From NCBI GenBank assembly GCA_019623805.1, contig CP053680.1:4224423-4288422 (forward strand): a stretch of DNA of 64,000 nt. The letters run 5' to 3'. Made by a program: the position numbers and the translations under genes. Of the stretch, positions 1 to 10,199 are shown one piece after another. A model generated the notes under the pieces. It made no database searches and was not told the origin of the DNA. It was given only the letters and a program-made list of their open reading frames with translations. Position 1 is the stretch's first letter; every line of letters starts with the position of its first letter. Origin of the DNA: Gammaproteobacteria bacterium (ex Lamellibrachia satsuma). GTDB lineage: Bacteria; Pseudomonadota; Gammaproteobacteria; Chromatiales; Chromatiaceae.

Positions 1-606
1 GGCAATGACATTGGCAATATCAGACATGCTTACGCCATATTGACGCAGTGCAGAAGCAGGAACCTCGATACGCAGTTGGTGATCTGAAAAACCATTGATA
101 TCGACTTGCGAAACTTCGGGAAGCACCTGAAATCGATCCTTTACCTGTTCAGCATAGGCTTTCAGATGACTCACCGACATAGGACCGGTAACCGCAATGG
201 AGACAACTCTGTCGGTACGACCCAGTTCCCGGATAACCGGTGGTTCCACCTGTTCAGGAAAGTTGTCGATGGCATCGATCTCAGTCTTGATGTCATCCTT
301 GAAACGCAGCAGATCTCCCCCCTCTTCCATCTCCACCACAGCAACGCTGAAACCCTCTTTAGCATCACAACGCATCTCAGCTACGTCACTGATACCGTCG
401 ACTGCATCCTCGATTCGCTGACATAGCGCCTCTTCCACGTCCTCAGCACTGGCGCCGGGGTAGACGACCCGTATCTCAATCTCATCACTGGCAAAGTCAG
501 GAAAAGTCTCCCGCTGCAAACCCGGCAGCGCAGTTAATCCCAGGATGGCCAGAAACAGCATCAGCAGATTTCCGGCGGTGGGGTGTCGGGCAAAGAACTC
601 GATCAT
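1..606 (-). CDS. RND efflux permease (AcrB/AcrD/AcrF family), 5' part only; runs off the window start
   Basis: Not in the ORF track. Hand translation from ATG at 606 gives MIEFFARHPTAGNLLMLFLAILGLTALPGLQRETFPDFASDEIEIRVVYPGASAEDVEEA, a typical AcrB N-terminus. Overlaps the stop of the adaptor gene. Confidence 0.9.
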   Translation of the reverse strand, partial: MIEFFARHPTAGNLLMLFLAILGLTALPGLQRETFPDFASDEIEIRVVYPGASAEDVEEALCQRIEDAVDGISDVAEMRCDAKEGFSVAVVEMEEGGDLLRFKDDIKTEIDAIDNFPEQVEPPVIRELGRTDRVVSIAVTGPMSVSHLKAYAEQVKDRFQVLPEVSQVDINGFSDHQLRIEVPASALRQYGVSMSDIANVIA

Positions 607-1961
607 GGTCGGACGCCCTCTACAGCAGCCTGTTGGCCCAGTATGGTTTGAGCTGCCTCATCTGCCTGCGGCGACAGCAACATGCCTTCAATGGCGGGGA
701 CCAGGTCTGAGATGACTAGCCGCTCATCAGACCCCACTCCACTGCCAATCACTGCATATTCCGGCTGCAGCAGTTCAATCTCCACTCTGCGGATCTCCAA
801 ACGGTCTTGCGCGTTAACCAGATAGACCGCACCGTCATGTATGGCCAGACGAGGTATCACAAGACTGTTGGTGCGTACGCCTCCCATCAGCGTGACCTCA
901 ACGAAAAGCCCCTTAAGCAGAGGTGGACGCACACCAGGCCGCACGTTGGCATAAGGTTCGTCCACTTCCACTATCACACCAACCGTTCTTGTCTTGGGAT
1001 CCAGGGTGTCACTCATGCGGGCAACCCGCCCCTGCCAAACAGCCTTTAGCGGCCCCTGATTCAATTTCACCTCGGCTGCAATGCCGAACGAATGATGAGA
1101 ATCGGATTGCACTGCATTCAAAATATTCACGTTTTTTTCAGAACGCATTAGTGGTGCTATCTGCTCAATCGGGATCTGCACCTCTATTTCGGCACGCTGC
1201 AGATCGTCTGCCTCGACCAGAATCTCACCCACCCTGACATATTGCTCCTTTTCAAAATTGACTTCGGCAATGCGCCCTGTAAATGGCATTTGCACTTTAG
1301 TGTGCTGAAGATCCCGCTCAGCGGTAGCCAGCTTCGCCTGATGGCGTGCCAACTGAGCCTCCACCAGTGCTTTTTGACTGGGGAGCAGATTGAGTGTGTT
1401 CTCCTGCGACTGCAGTTTCTGTTTCTGCGCCAACAGGGCTTGTTCCTGACTCTCCAGATCTGAGCGGCTGACGCCCCCCTTTCCAATCAGTTTTTTCTTA
1501 CGCTGCAGTTCTGATTCATTCAGACGCAGGGCTCGCTCTTCAATGGCCAGGGCAGCACGAGTATTGGTTGCTTTGGCATCGAGTTCCTGAAGTTGTGCCT
1601 GACTGGCCTGAATATCGGCTTTGATCTGAGTGATTGCCAACTCGAAATCCGTGGGATCGATTCGAAGCAACGGTTGTCCAGCCGGGATGATGGCCCCTTT
1701 TTTCAGCTTCGGATGTTTCTCAAGGATCTTGCCGCTAACCTGTGCCACAGCGTCCCAGGTAAAAACCGGACGCACTGTCCCGTGACCGACGGCCTTGGGG
1801 ACTACATTGAGACTGGGAATCGAGATACTCCTGACGAGCTTGGGAATCTCTGCGGGTTCCTGTTGCACTGGCGGTACCTTGCCCTGCTTCAGGAATATGA
1901 ATATCGCGACACCCAAAAGGATCGGCAACAGGATCACCCATTTTCTCGATATGGTCGACAT
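603..1961 (-). CDS. RND efflux periplasmic adaptor (membrane fusion protein)
   Basis: N-terminal TM anchor, AQVSGKI lipoyl half, coiled coil, PFTGRI, LDPKTRT motif; directly upstream of the RND permease. Confidence 0.9.
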   Translation of the reverse strand: MSTISRKWVILLPILLGVAIFIFLKQGKVPPVQQEPAEIPKLVRSISIPSLNVVPKAVGHGTVRPVFTWDAVAQVSGKILEKHPKLKKGAIIPAGQPLLRIDPTDFELAITQIKADIQASQAQLQELDAKATNTRAALAIEERALRLNESELQRKKKLIGKGGVSRSDLESQEQALLAQKQKLQSQENTLNLLPSQKALVEAQLARHQAKLATAERDLQHTKVQMPFTGRIAEVNFEKEQYVRVGEILVEADDLQRAEIEVQIPIEQIAPLMRSEKNVNILNAVQSDSHHSFGIAAEVKLNQGPLKAVWQGRVARMSDTLDPKTRTVGVIVEVDEPYANVRPGVRPPLLKGLFVEVTLMGGVRTNSLVIPRLAIHDGAVYLVNAQDRLEIRRVEIELLQPEYAVIGSGVGSDERLVISDLVPAIEGMLLSPQADEAAQTILGQQAAVEGVRP

Positions 1962-2050
1962 TCATTTACTCCTGAAAAAACTTGGGGGATTAAGGCTGAG
2001 CAGAACTGGCGTAGTGTAGACAGGAAATAGAGCGATGGGTTTCACCAAGA

Positions 2051-2662
2051 TCAAAGAGATAACCATCGGGCACGCAGGGTTTCACGCTCTTTTTCCAACC
2101 ACTGTACGGCAATAATGATGCTGGTGGAATTGGCGCGGCCATCATAGAGCTCTGAAATGATTTGCTCCGCATCCATGACAACCACCCGGATATCCTCTCC
2201 CTCATGATCCAGGCCAAAGACGCCACCTGCCTGCGAGGCATCCACCCGGCCACAAAAGAGAAAAATCTGATCCACGGAGTGGCCAGGACTCACCATCACG
2301 GTACATATCGATTCCAACTCGGTGATTTTGCAGTTGGCCTCCTCCTCCGCCTCCCTGCGTGCCACGGCCTCCGGGGATTCATTTTCACCAATGTAACCGC
2401 CCACCGTCTCCAGTACCCAGGGAGGATTCTGATGTTCCAATGCACCGATACGAAACTGTTCCACCAGAACGACCTGATCCAGATTTGGGTCATAGAGTAA
2501 AACCGAAGCGGCCTGCAACCCTTCCAGCCGCTCGCGGATCAGTTCCCGGCTGCTGCCACCCTCGTAGAGATCATGCTTGAGCCGGTAGCGGTTCAATTTC
2601 AGAAAGCCATCGTAAACCCTTTCTGAATCGATTATTTCATAACGAAATTTCATATCGAACAC
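2051..2662 (-). CDS. nudF: ADP-ribose pyrophosphatase (Nudix)
   Basis: Nudix box GGYIGENESPEAVARREAEEEA; EQFRIGA, SPG and HEGEDI motifs. Confidence 0.85.
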   Translation of the reverse strand: MFDMKFRYEIIDSERVYDGFLKLNRYRLKHDLYEGGSSRELIRERLEGLQAASVLLYDPNLDQVVLVEQFRIGALEHQNPPWVLETVGGYIGENESPEAVARREAEEEANCKITELESICTVMVSPGHSVDQIFLFCGRVDASQAGGVFGLDHEGEDIRVVVMDAEQIISELYDGRANSTSIIIAVQWLEKERETLRARWLSL

Positions 2663-3936
2663 TACTTAGCCGCCGCCAGCGCCTGATCGATATCGGTGAG
2701 AATATCGTCGATATGCTCCAGACCAACAGAGAGGCGTACCAGATCCTCTGAAACACCCGCTCTTTCCATCTCCTCCTGATTAAGCTGCCGATGGGTGGTT
2801 GTGGCTGGGTGACAGGCAAGCGTCTTGGCATCACCGATATTCACCAGACGCACTGCCAGTTGCAAGGCATCGATGAATTTTGTACCGGCTTCAATTCCCC
2901 CCTTGATGCCGAAACTGAGTATGCTGGAGGCATGTCCATTCATATATTTATCCACCAACGCCTTGTCCGGACTCTCATCCAACCCCGCATATCTGACCCA
3001 TTGGATCTGTTCATGCGACTGTAGGTGTTTTGCCACCGCCAACGCATTCTCACAGTGCCTGTCCATTCTCACCGGCAGGGTTTCGATCCCCTGGAGGATC
3101 TGGAAACTGTTGAAAGGAGAGATGGCTGCGCCCATGTTGCGCAATGGGACGACCCGGGCCCGACCGATATAGGCCGCCTCTCCCAACGCTTCGGTATAGA
3201 CCACGCCATGGTAGGAGATATCAGGTTCGTTGAGGCGATTGAAGCGCGTCTTGTGTTCTGCCCAGGGAAACTTGCCGGAATCGACCAGTGCACCACCAAT
3301 CGTGGTACCGTGACCACCCATGTATTTCGTCAAGGCATGGACGACAATGTCGCAACCGTGTTCAAAGGGGCGACAAAGATAGGGTGTTGGAACTGTATTA
3401 TCGACAATAACCGGCACACCGTGTGCGTGCGCCATATCCGCTATTGCCGCCAGATCCGCCACGTTACCGGCGGGGTTGCCGATCGACTCACAGAAGACGG
3501 CTTTAGTACGGTCGTCGATCAATGCCGCCATTCCATCGATTTCGTTCGGTGCGGCAAAACGGACCTCTATACCCAACTGCGGCAGTGTATGAGCAAACAG
3601 GTTGAAGGTTCCGCCATACAGAGTGGATGTCGTGACGATATTGTCACCTGATTCAGCAATCGTGAAGATCGCATAGGTAATCGCTGACATGCCTGAGGCC
3701 AACGCCAGGGAGCCAACACCCCCTTCCAGTGCAGCCACCCGCTTTTCCAGCACATCCGAGGTTGGGTTCATGATGCGGGTGTAGATGTTGCCCTGCACCT
3801 TGAGGTCAAACAGATCAGCGCCATGCTGCGTACTGTCGAACGCGTAGGATGTGGTCTGATAGATGGGAACGGCGACGGCCTTGGTCGTGGGGTCAGGCTC
3901 GTAGCCGGCATGAATTGCCAGTGTCTCCAGTTTCAT
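2662..3936 (-). CDS. metY: O-acetylhomoserine/O-acetylserine sulfhydrylase (PLP)
   Basis: MKLETLAIHAG, PIYQTTSY, YTRIMNPT, HALTKYMGGHG PLP-Lys motif, VRLSVGLEH. Start set at ATG 3936 after a GGAGGAGAGG RBS. Confidence 0.9.
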   Translation of the reverse strand: MKLETLAIHAGYEPDPTTKAVAVPIYQTTSYAFDSTQHGADLFDLKVQGNIYTRIMNPTSDVLEKRVAALEGGVGSLALASGMSAITYAIFTIAESGDNIVTTSTLYGGTFNLFAHTLPQLGIEVRFAAPNEIDGMAALIDDRTKAVFCESIGNPAGNVADLAAIADMAHAHGVPVIVDNTVPTPYLCRPFEHGCDIVVHALTKYMGGHGTTIGGALVDSGKFPWAEHKTRFNRLNEPDISYHGVVYTEALGEAAYIGRARVVPLRNMGAAISPFNSFQILQGIETLPVRMDRHCENALAVAKHLQSHEQIQWVRYAGLDESPDKALVDKYMNGHASSILSFGIKGGIEAGTKFIDALQLAVRLVNIGDAKTLACHPATTTHRQLNQEEMERAGVSEDLVRLSVGLEHIDDILTDIDQALAAAK

Positions 3937-4126
3937 TCTCCTCTCCTCCAAACAATTATTCTCTTTATCAATGACTCCACGGGATGAACCGGAGGAGCCA
4001 ACCCGGTTTAGTAATAATGGGACGAATTCAGTGAATTTACTTCGTAATTATCTTTCCCGGATCCTCAGTACGTCATATCTCATTGATCTATCGACATAAA
4101 CTTTGACTTCCTTCGCAGAAAAAGAG

Positions 4127-4155
4127 TTGACTTCCCATAAAGCAACGACTATATT
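4127..4155 (+). promoter_or_regulatory. Near-consensus sigma70 promoter
   Basis: TTGACT (4127-4132), 17 bp spacer, TATATT (4150-4155), in an AT-rich intergenic region. Confidence 0.6.
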
Positions 4156-4188
4156 AGTATTTAATTATTTAACGTTGTGGTGACTACC

Positions 4189-4308
4189 ATGAAAGACACA
4201 CTTATAGTCAGTTGTGCAGAATTACGTGAACTCGCAGAGACTAATCCGGATGAGATTGAAGTCATCGTCGAGATGATGATTGAGGCGGATGTTGACATCT
4301 GCAGATAG
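4189..4308 (+). CDS. Putative 39-aa acidic small protein
   Basis: MKDTLIVSCAELRELAETNPDEIEVIVEMMIEADVDICR*, just downstream of the strong promoter. RBS is weak. Confidence 0.4.
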   Translation: MKDTLIVSCAELRELAETNPDEIEVIVEMMIEADVDICR

Positions 4309-4357
4309 CTCGCCGAGTCTCCAATGCATAGACAATTGTTTTAATGAAGGATGAACC

Positions 4358-4840
4358 TCATAGGTTCACCCTTCCGCTTTGCTTTGAACGGCCAGCAAGC
4401 ATTCTCTCCCTGAGAAGTCGCTTGCGCAAGGTACGCGCAGTCCTTTTGTCCAAACTCCCTCTCGTCAAAATAACGGAATGCTGTGGTTGAAATCTCCCAA
4501 TGGAAAAATTGAGGATGATCAGCCAGGGCCTGCAAAAACTTGACGGCTTGAGTTGTGCGTATAGCTGCCGTCCATCTGAAAATGTCAGTTTCCAGCTACC
4601 TTCCGGTTCCCACACCAAGCGACTGATCGATGCGCTTTTAATACTTCCCCTTATCAGGGCAATCGTCCAGATGAAATGTGCGAACACGCACAAAGTCAAC
4701 ACGGCTTTGGATCCGGAAGACAACTCAGCTGATAAGAGCGCCAACAAACCTGCACCATAAATAGCGGACAATACCACCTGCTGCACTGGGGATCTGCCGG
4801 GCTGAAGAATTATCGGTTCAGCATTCCGCCTCATGATCAC
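4358..4840 (-). CDS. YgfX/CptA-like inner membrane protein
   Basis: Two TM helices, then W-x-L and 'LIILNF...LRKRL'; overlaps sdhE as in the ygfYX operon. Confidence 0.7.
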   Translation of the reverse strand: MIMRRNAEPIILQPGRSPVQQVVLSAIYGAGLLALLSAELSSGSKAVLTLCVFAHFIWTIALIRGSIKSASISRLVWEPEGSWKLTFSDGRQLYAQLKPSSFCRPWLIILNFSIGRFQPQHSVILTRGSLDKRTARTLRKRLLRERMLAGRSKQSGRVNL

Positions 4841-5090
4841 GGCCTCCCTGCCGGATAATCTTCACAATCTTGACCATTTGCTTATCAGAAATCTTGCTGC
4901 CTGAGATAAGCCAGGACTGTAGAGTTTGGTCCTGATATTCCAGTAAAGTTGCAAAATCCTTTCGCGCCTCCCTGTCGAGAGAGGGATACTCATTTTCAAG
5001 AAAGGCAAACAACAGCAAATCGAGTTCCAGCATACCCCGGCGGCACTGCCAGCGTAAGCGGTTGATTTCCGCAGTTCCACTCATAGGCAT
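4818..5090 (-). CDS. sdhE: Succinate dehydrogenase flavinylation factor (YgfY)
   Basis: RLRWQCRRGMLELDLLL signature. Confidence 0.92.
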   Translation of the reverse strand: MPMSGTAEINRLRWQCRRGMLELDLLLFAFLENEYPSLDREARKDFATLLEYQDQTLQSWLISGSKISDKQMVKIVKIIRQGGRDHEAEC

Positions 5091-5155
5091 TCACTGAACC
5101 TCAACGGGTATGACTCAGTATGTCTCAACACTGCCATGTGGTGCAATGCGGTCAG

Positions 5156-5569
5156 TTATTGAGTCCTATCCTGCAGCTGGTGTGGATACATGGCCCGATA
5201 GCCCGTAATTCCGATTACGATCCAAACCACAGACCGCAAAGTCATGGCGGCAACAGTGCGCAGTTCATACTCACCACCAAAAACGATATGAATCCCAAAG
5301 GCGACGAAGACCGATAATGTCAATGTTGCGATGGTAATCGCAGCTGCTGGAGCCCAGGCTTTTTCCAACCAGATACCAATTCCGGTTGCGATATAGACAA
5401 ACCCCGCAGAAAAGTTGAACCAAAGTACAAAATCCACAGTGTTTCCAGCAGCACGCCTGGCTTCACCATCTATGAAAAGTACGCTGCCACCTGATTTAAT
5501 GGTCAATATGCCAAAGACCACTGCGACGATGGCAGCAATCCAGACCCATGCGGGCCGTTTAGTCATCAT
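5156..5569 (-). CDS. Hypothetical 4-TM membrane protein
   Basis: 137 aa with four hydrophobic segments; co-oriented with the cytochrome c gene. Confidence 0.7.
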   Translation of the reverse strand: MMTKRPAWVWIAAIVAVVFGILTIKSGGSVLFIDGEARRAAGNTVDFVLWFNFSAGFVYIATGIGIWLEKAWAPAAAITIATLTLSVFVAFGIHIVFGGEYELRTVAAMTLRSVVWIVIGITGYRAMYPHQLQDRTQ

Positions 5570-5585
5570 TAGGATATTCCTTATA

Positions 5586-6050
5586 TCAAAGGGAAAAACC
5601 AGTGTTTATGTAGAGGGCAATCTGCCATATCTCCTTATCAGTGAGCTGATTGCCAAATGCAGGCATAGCTGTTCCAAACGGCTCACCACCTTCCGATAAG
5701 GTCCAGAAAATAAAGGCATCTGTAGCGACTGGTAATCTACGGGTAATCGCAAGGTTGGCCGGACTGGGAACCAACAGCTTTCCTGCCGGGCCATCCCCTT
5801 CACCAGAAACACCATGGCACACCGGGCATTGTGCTTGATAGAGTTTTTTTCCATCAGAGATATTTTCTGAAGAAACGGGCAAAGGATTGCTTAAATCAGC
5901 ATACTGATTTGGTATCTCCCCCAGCACATATTGGGTATAGCGGCCAACAAAGAAGGAATTTGACTCATTTACACCAAGACTCTGGCAACCAGTAGTGGCC
6001 ACGGCCACTACTGGAAGTAACAGCATATATGGTGCGCGTAGCGACCGCAT
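5586..6050 (-). CDS. Monoheme c-type cytochrome, probable lipoprotein
   Basis: Signal with TTGC lipobox-like motif, CPVCH heme motif, GDGP, TAMPAF axial Met. Confidence 0.85.
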   Translation of the reverse strand: MRSLRAPYMLLLPVVAVATTGCQSLGVNESNSFFVGRYTQYVLGEIPNQYADLSNPLPVSSENISDGKKLYQAQCPVCHGVSGEGDGPAGKLLVPSPANLAITRRLPVATDAFIFWTLSEGGEPFGTAMPAFGNQLTDKEIWQIALYINTGFSL

Positions 6051-6460
6051 TAATGACCACGTCCCCTGCCGCCACCGGAGCCACCACCGCTGCGTGAGCC
6101 ATAACCACTCCCATACGCCTGGCTGGAACCTTGGCTGGAGCCTTGACCATAGCGATATTTATTACCGGAACCGTTGCCGCCACCCTGACCATAGCGATTC
6201 ATCTTTCCACTACCCTCTCCCTGTTCGCCCGTTTCATTCATCTGACGAAACAGAGAGCGCTCTTCACTGTCCATTGACTGCATTCTGTTCTGCATCTCTG
6301 TACGATAACCTTCACGATCTTCATAGGACTGTTCCCGAACCTGTGATCGCATCTGTACCAATTCTTCATTGCTCATGTCTGCATAATCTGCCGCTTCGGC
6401 ACTGATGGATCCTATCGTCAAAGCCACAATCCCTGCCACGGTATTCAAACTTTTTTTCAT
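6050..6460 (-). CDS. Secreted protein with helical core and Gly/Tyr/Ser-rich tail
   Basis: Sec signal (AEA), repeated RYGQG/YGSG units; TAATG coupling to the cytochrome gene. Confidence 0.7.
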   Translation of the reverse strand: MKKSLNTVAGIVALTIGSISAEAADYADMSNEELVQMRSQVREQSYEDREGYRTEMQNRMQSMDSEERSLFRQMNETGEQGEGSGKMNRYGQGGGNGSGNKYRYGQGSSQGSSQAYGSGYGSRSGGGSGGGRGRGH

Positions 6461-6721
6461 CTAAATTCTCCTCATATGGGTTCGCATGATGGCTTGATAC
6501 TGTGTATAGACGCAATTCGCTACACACTCAATCCACGCTGTGCAGTATGAGAGCTAGCTGTTTCGCAATTATTTCGACGCACAGGAAAACTGTTTCAGAT
6601 TGTTACAGTCATAAAATACAGGCGCCAAATGAGGGCAGGTCAGAACAACTCAGCATCGCGGGTCCTGCTCGTTGAAAACGATCCGGGGTTGCATCGAAAA
6701 ATATAGAATGGCTAATAGTGC

Positions 6722-7438
6722 CTAAATCGATTTTTTCAACATCAGGTCACGAATATGCCCAATGGCGCGGGTGGGATTCAATCCCTTGGGACAGACATCG
6801 ACACAATTCATAACGGTATGACAGCGAAACAGCCGGTATGGGCCATCCAGTGCATCGAGTCGATCACTCTCTGCCTGATCTCTGGAGTCAGCCAGGAAAC
6901 GCCAAGCCTGCAATAAGGCAGCCGGGCCAAGAAATTTATCGGGATTCCACCAGAAGGAGGGACAGGATGTTGTGCAGCAACCACACAAAATACACTCATA
7001 TAGCCCGTCAAGCCTGTCCCGCTCTTCCGGCATTTGCAGATTTTCAACCTCTGGCTCTGGATCTTGGCGGATCAGATAGGGTTTTACGGAACGATACTGT
7101 TTATAAAACCCCTGCATGTCCACTATAAGATCCCGAATAACCGGTACCCCTGGGAATGGCCTGACTTCAATCGGTTCTTTCAACTCAGCCAGTGGTGTAA
7201 TGCAGGCAAGTCCATTTCGGCCGTTGATATTCATCCCATCCGAACCACAAACCCCTTCTCCGCAGGAGTGTCGGAAACTGAGCGTTTCATCCTGTGCTTT
7301 TAGCGCTAGCAGGGCATCACGCAACATCATGCCCGAAGGGACCTCAGCAAGTTCGAAATCCTGCATGTAGGGTTCCCTGTCTTGATCCGGATTGTAGCGG
7401 TAGATGCGGAAACGCATACGCTTACCCGAACGCTGCAA
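6722..7438 (-). CDS. sdhB: Succinate dehydrogenase Fe-S subunit
   Basis: SCGEGVCGSD, CILCGCCTTSCP, CHTVMNCVDVCPKGL. Confidence 0.97.
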   Translation of the reverse strand: MQRSGKRMRFRIYRYNPDQDREPYMQDFELAEVPSGMMLRDALLALKAQDETLSFRHSCGEGVCGSDGMNINGRNGLACITPLAELKEPIEVRPFPGVPVIRDLIVDMQGFYKQYRSVKPYLIRQDPEPEVENLQMPEERDRLDGLYECILCGCCTTSCPSFWWNPDKFLGPAALLQAWRFLADSRDQAESDRLDALDGPYRLFRCHTVMNCVDVCPKGLNPTRAIGHIRDLMLKKSI

Positions 7439-7447
7439 ACAAAATGA

Positions 7448-9211
7448 TCAATAGACGCGCTCCTTTGGCGGAAAACTATCAACTGATAACGGGCGGGTCC
7501 GGACGGGTTTGAAATCCAGGCGGTCCTCTTCAAGATAGTAGAGACTGTGCTTCATCCAATTGATGTCATCGCGATCAGGGTAGTCAACACGTGAATGTGC
7601 TCCACGACTCTCTTTTCGAGCTGCTGCAGACATCATGGTGGCCATTGCGATGTCCATCAGATTTTCCAGTTCCAGCGCTTCGATCCTGGCGGTATTGAAT
7701 ATCCTGCTGGTATCACGCAGCCGCACATCGGGAAGACGTTCGCGCAGACGCTTTAATTCAGTAACCCCTTGTTGCATCACATCCTCATTTCTGAAGACAC
7801 CGCAGTGTTCCTCCATCACCCGCTTCAGGTCCTTACGCAGATTGTCGACAGTTTCACCTTCGCCGCGCAAATTCCAGCGCTGCAGTCGTGCCATCGCTTT
7901 CTCCACGCCTGCATCGTTCATCAGGCGATGATAGCGGTTCTCCTGCAAATACTCGATAATGCGGTTACCGGCAGAGCGTCCAAAGACCAGAATATCCAAA
8001 AGTGAGTTGCCACCTAGCCGGTTAGCCCCATGGATGGAAACGCAGGCACATTCACCGGCAGCATAAAGTCCGGGAATAACCTCCTCTGGTCCATTTCGCA
8101 CCGGTACCACCACCTGTCCATATCGGTCGGAGGGAATCCCTCCCATGACGTAGTGCGCAGTAGGAAAGACCGGAATCGGTGCCTTGGCCGGGTCGATATG
8201 GAGAAATGTCCGGCTCAGATCCCGAATACCCGGTAGCCGCTTGTGAACAACCTCCTTTCCCAAGTGATCCACCTTGAGCAGCACATGATCCTTGTCAGGC
8301 CCACATCCCAGCCCTTCTCGTATCTCGGTGGAGATGGCACGGCTGACCACATCACGGCTGGCAAGATCCTTGGCATTAGGTGCATAGCGTTCCATAAACC
8401 GCTCACCCTCGCCATTGATCAGATAGCCTCCCTCGCCCCGCGCAGCCTCTGTGATCAACATTCCCTTACCGGCAATGCCTGTTGGATGAAACTGAAAAAA
8501 CTCCATATCCTGCAATGGGATACCGGCACGCAGTGCCATCGCCATGCCGTCGCCGGTATTGATATGTGCATTGGTGTTGGTGCGAAACAATTGCCCACAG
8601 CCACCCGTGGCAATCAGTGTGGTCTTGGCCTCGATGAGCAGCGGCTCTCCAGTTGCGATCTCCAGCACCAGGGCACCAAGAATGACCCCTTCATCATCCT
8701 TTATCAGGTCAATCGCGAAGAACTCGTCAAAGAAATGGGTCTTGGCCCGAATGTTCTGTTGATAGAGTGAGTGAAGTATGGCGTGTCCCGTCCGGTCAGC
8801 CGCCGCACAGGTTCTGGAAGCCTGTCCCTCACCGAAATTCTGACTCTGTCCGCCGAAGGCCCGCTGATAGATACGGCCATTTTCAAGACGGGAGAATGGG
8901 ACACCGAAGTGTTCCAGCTCATAAACAACCCTGGAGGCAGATCGGCACATATACTCGATAGCATCCTGATCACCCAGGTAATCACTGCCTTTGACCGTGT
9001 CATACATATGCCAATGCCAGTTGTCTGGAGAGACATTGGCCAAGGCGGCATTGACACCCCCCTGCGCAGCGACGGTGTGGGAGCGCGTGGGAAAAACCTT
9101 CGTCACGACGGCAACTCTCGCCTCAGCCTCCGCGAGTTGAAGTGAAGCCCGCAGACCAGCGCCCCCGGCACCCAGAATCAAGGTATCGAATCTTCTGCGG
9201 GGGAGTTTCAT
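7448..9211 (-). CDS. sdhA: Succinate dehydrogenase flavoprotein
   Basis: [19 protein letters not shown]-His motif, [25 protein letters not shown]. Confidence 0.97.
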   Translation of the reverse strand: MKLPRRRFDTLILGAGGAGLRASLQLAEAEARVAVVTKVFPTRSHTVAAQGGVNAALANVSPDNWHWHMYDTVKGSDYLGDQDAIEYMCRSASRVVYELEHFGVPFSRLENGRIYQRAFGGQSQNFGEGQASRTCAAADRTGHAILHSLYQQNIRAKTHFFDEFFAIDLIKDDEGVILGALVLEIATGEPLLIEAKTTLIATGGCGQLFRTNTNAHINTGDGMAMALRAGIPLQDMEFFQFHPTGIAGKGMLITEAARGEGGYLINGEGERFMERYAPNAKDLASRDVVSRAISTEIREGLGCGPDKDHVLLKVDHLGKEVVHKRLPGIRDLSRTFLHIDPAKAPIPVFPTAHYVMGGIPSDRYGQVVVPVRNGPEEVIPGLYAAGECACVSIHGANRLGGNSLLDILVFGRSAGNRIIEYLQENRYHRLMNDAGVEKAMARLQRWNLRGEGETVDNLRKDLKRVMEEHCGVFRNEDVMQQGVTELKRLRERLPDVRLRDTSRIFNTARIEALELENLMDIAMATMMSAAARKESRGAHSRVDYPDRDDINWMKHSLYYLEEDRLDFKPVRTRPLSVDSFPPKERVY

Positions 9212-9552
9212 ACCACACCTATTACGTTAAACAGGATACGTGCAGCCCAGGCTCCGCAGGCAACCAATCCCAGCCCAACCAGAACCAGCAGCCCTATCCG
9301 GGCAGGGAACGGTTGAACGTAGTCAATCACCACGTCCCTGATACCGATCCACCCATGCAGCAGGATTGCGAAAACGAACAGTAAGAGAGAAGTATTTACC
9401 CAGGGAGAACTAAGCAGCTCAACCCACTGCTGATAGTTCGTTACTGGGGAAAAGAACAAATACCCCAATGCAATCGGCACAAAGACCGCCAGATAGATAG
9501 CAGTAATGCGTTGGAATATCCAGGCTCGAAGCCCCGAGATACTTCGGCTCAC
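9208..9552 (-). CDS. sdhD: Succinate dehydrogenase hydrophobic anchor
   Basis: [22 protein letters not shown]; operon position. Confidence 0.92.
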   Translation of the reverse strand: MSRSISGLRAWIFQRITAIYLAVFVPIALGYLFFSPVTNYQQWVELLSSPWVNTSLLLFVFAILLHGWIGIRDVVIDYVQPFPARIGLLVLVGLGLVACGAWAARILFNVIGVV

Positions 9553-9926
9553 AAAAGCACTCCCAAGAGGGAGGCCGAAGCAAAACCACTAAAAATCACC
9601 AGCCAGGCACTCCTACGGGCGACAACTCTATCCACACCAAGGTCCATATCAATCATGAGATAACGAATGCCTGCCAGCAGATGATGCAGCAAAATCCAAA
9701 GCATCAGAAACAGCAGTAGTTGAAAAGGCAAACTGTCGATCATGGCCAAAACCTGATGAAAACCCGCTTCATCGGATACGGACATCTCAAGCAGATAGAT
9801 GCAAAAAGGAATCAACAGAAACATCACAATGCCAGTAGCCCGATGGGCAACGGACAAGAGAGCTGCAGCAGGCAGTTTGATCTGAAGCAGATTGAGAAAT
9901 ACGGGACGTTTAGTTTGCCGTGCCAT
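9549..9926 (-). CDS. sdhC: Succinate dehydrogenase cytochrome b556 subunit
   Basis: RPVFLNL, SVAHRATG, HHLLAGIRYL. Confidence 0.92.
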   Translation of the reverse strand: MARQTKRPVFLNLLQIKLPAAALLSVAHRATGIVMFLLIPFCIYLLEMSVSDEAGFHQVLAMIDSLPFQLLLFLMLWILLHHLLAGIRYLMIDMDLGVDRVVARRSAWLVIFSGFASASLLGVLL

Positions 9927-10031
9927 TGCCTACTTCCGTGAGGAAACATATAAGAGCGTTTCCCGCAGTATAGACAAGTGTGGGCAGGTTGGAATGAGGA
10001 ATTGATACTACCCAAATAGCGGGTAGAGGAA

Positions 10032-10118
10032 TGGTGCCCGGAGCCGGAATCGAACCGGCACGACCCAAAGGTCGAGAGATTTTAAGTCTCTTGCGTCTAC
10101 CAATTTCGCCATCCGGGC
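10032..10118 (-). tRNA. tRNA-Leu(TAA)
   Basis: Reverse complement GCCCGGATGGCGAAATTGGTAGACGCAAGAGACTTAAAATCTCT...GGTTCGATTCC...CACCA; 87 nt with long variable arm and encoded CCA. Confidence 0.97.
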
Positions 10119-10150
10119 GGATGAGTGAGGCAGCAAATTACAAAAGACAA

Positions 10151-10199
10151 TGGAGGCTTAGGTCGAAATCTGACCAAGATCCATGGCTTTGTAGGCTGC
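10151..10199 (-). repeat. Degenerate copy of the tRNA-Cys 3' half (outer att site of element B)
   Basis: 38/49 matches to the tRNA-Cys gene from 49707 on by manual alignment; lies 32 bp from tRNA-Leu. Confidence 0.8.

Noticed and set aside
3952-4030. Hairpin upstream of metY as a possible SAM riboswitch
   Set aside because: No SAM-I/II/V or SAH consensus recognisable; only a single stem (AACCGG...CCGGTT).
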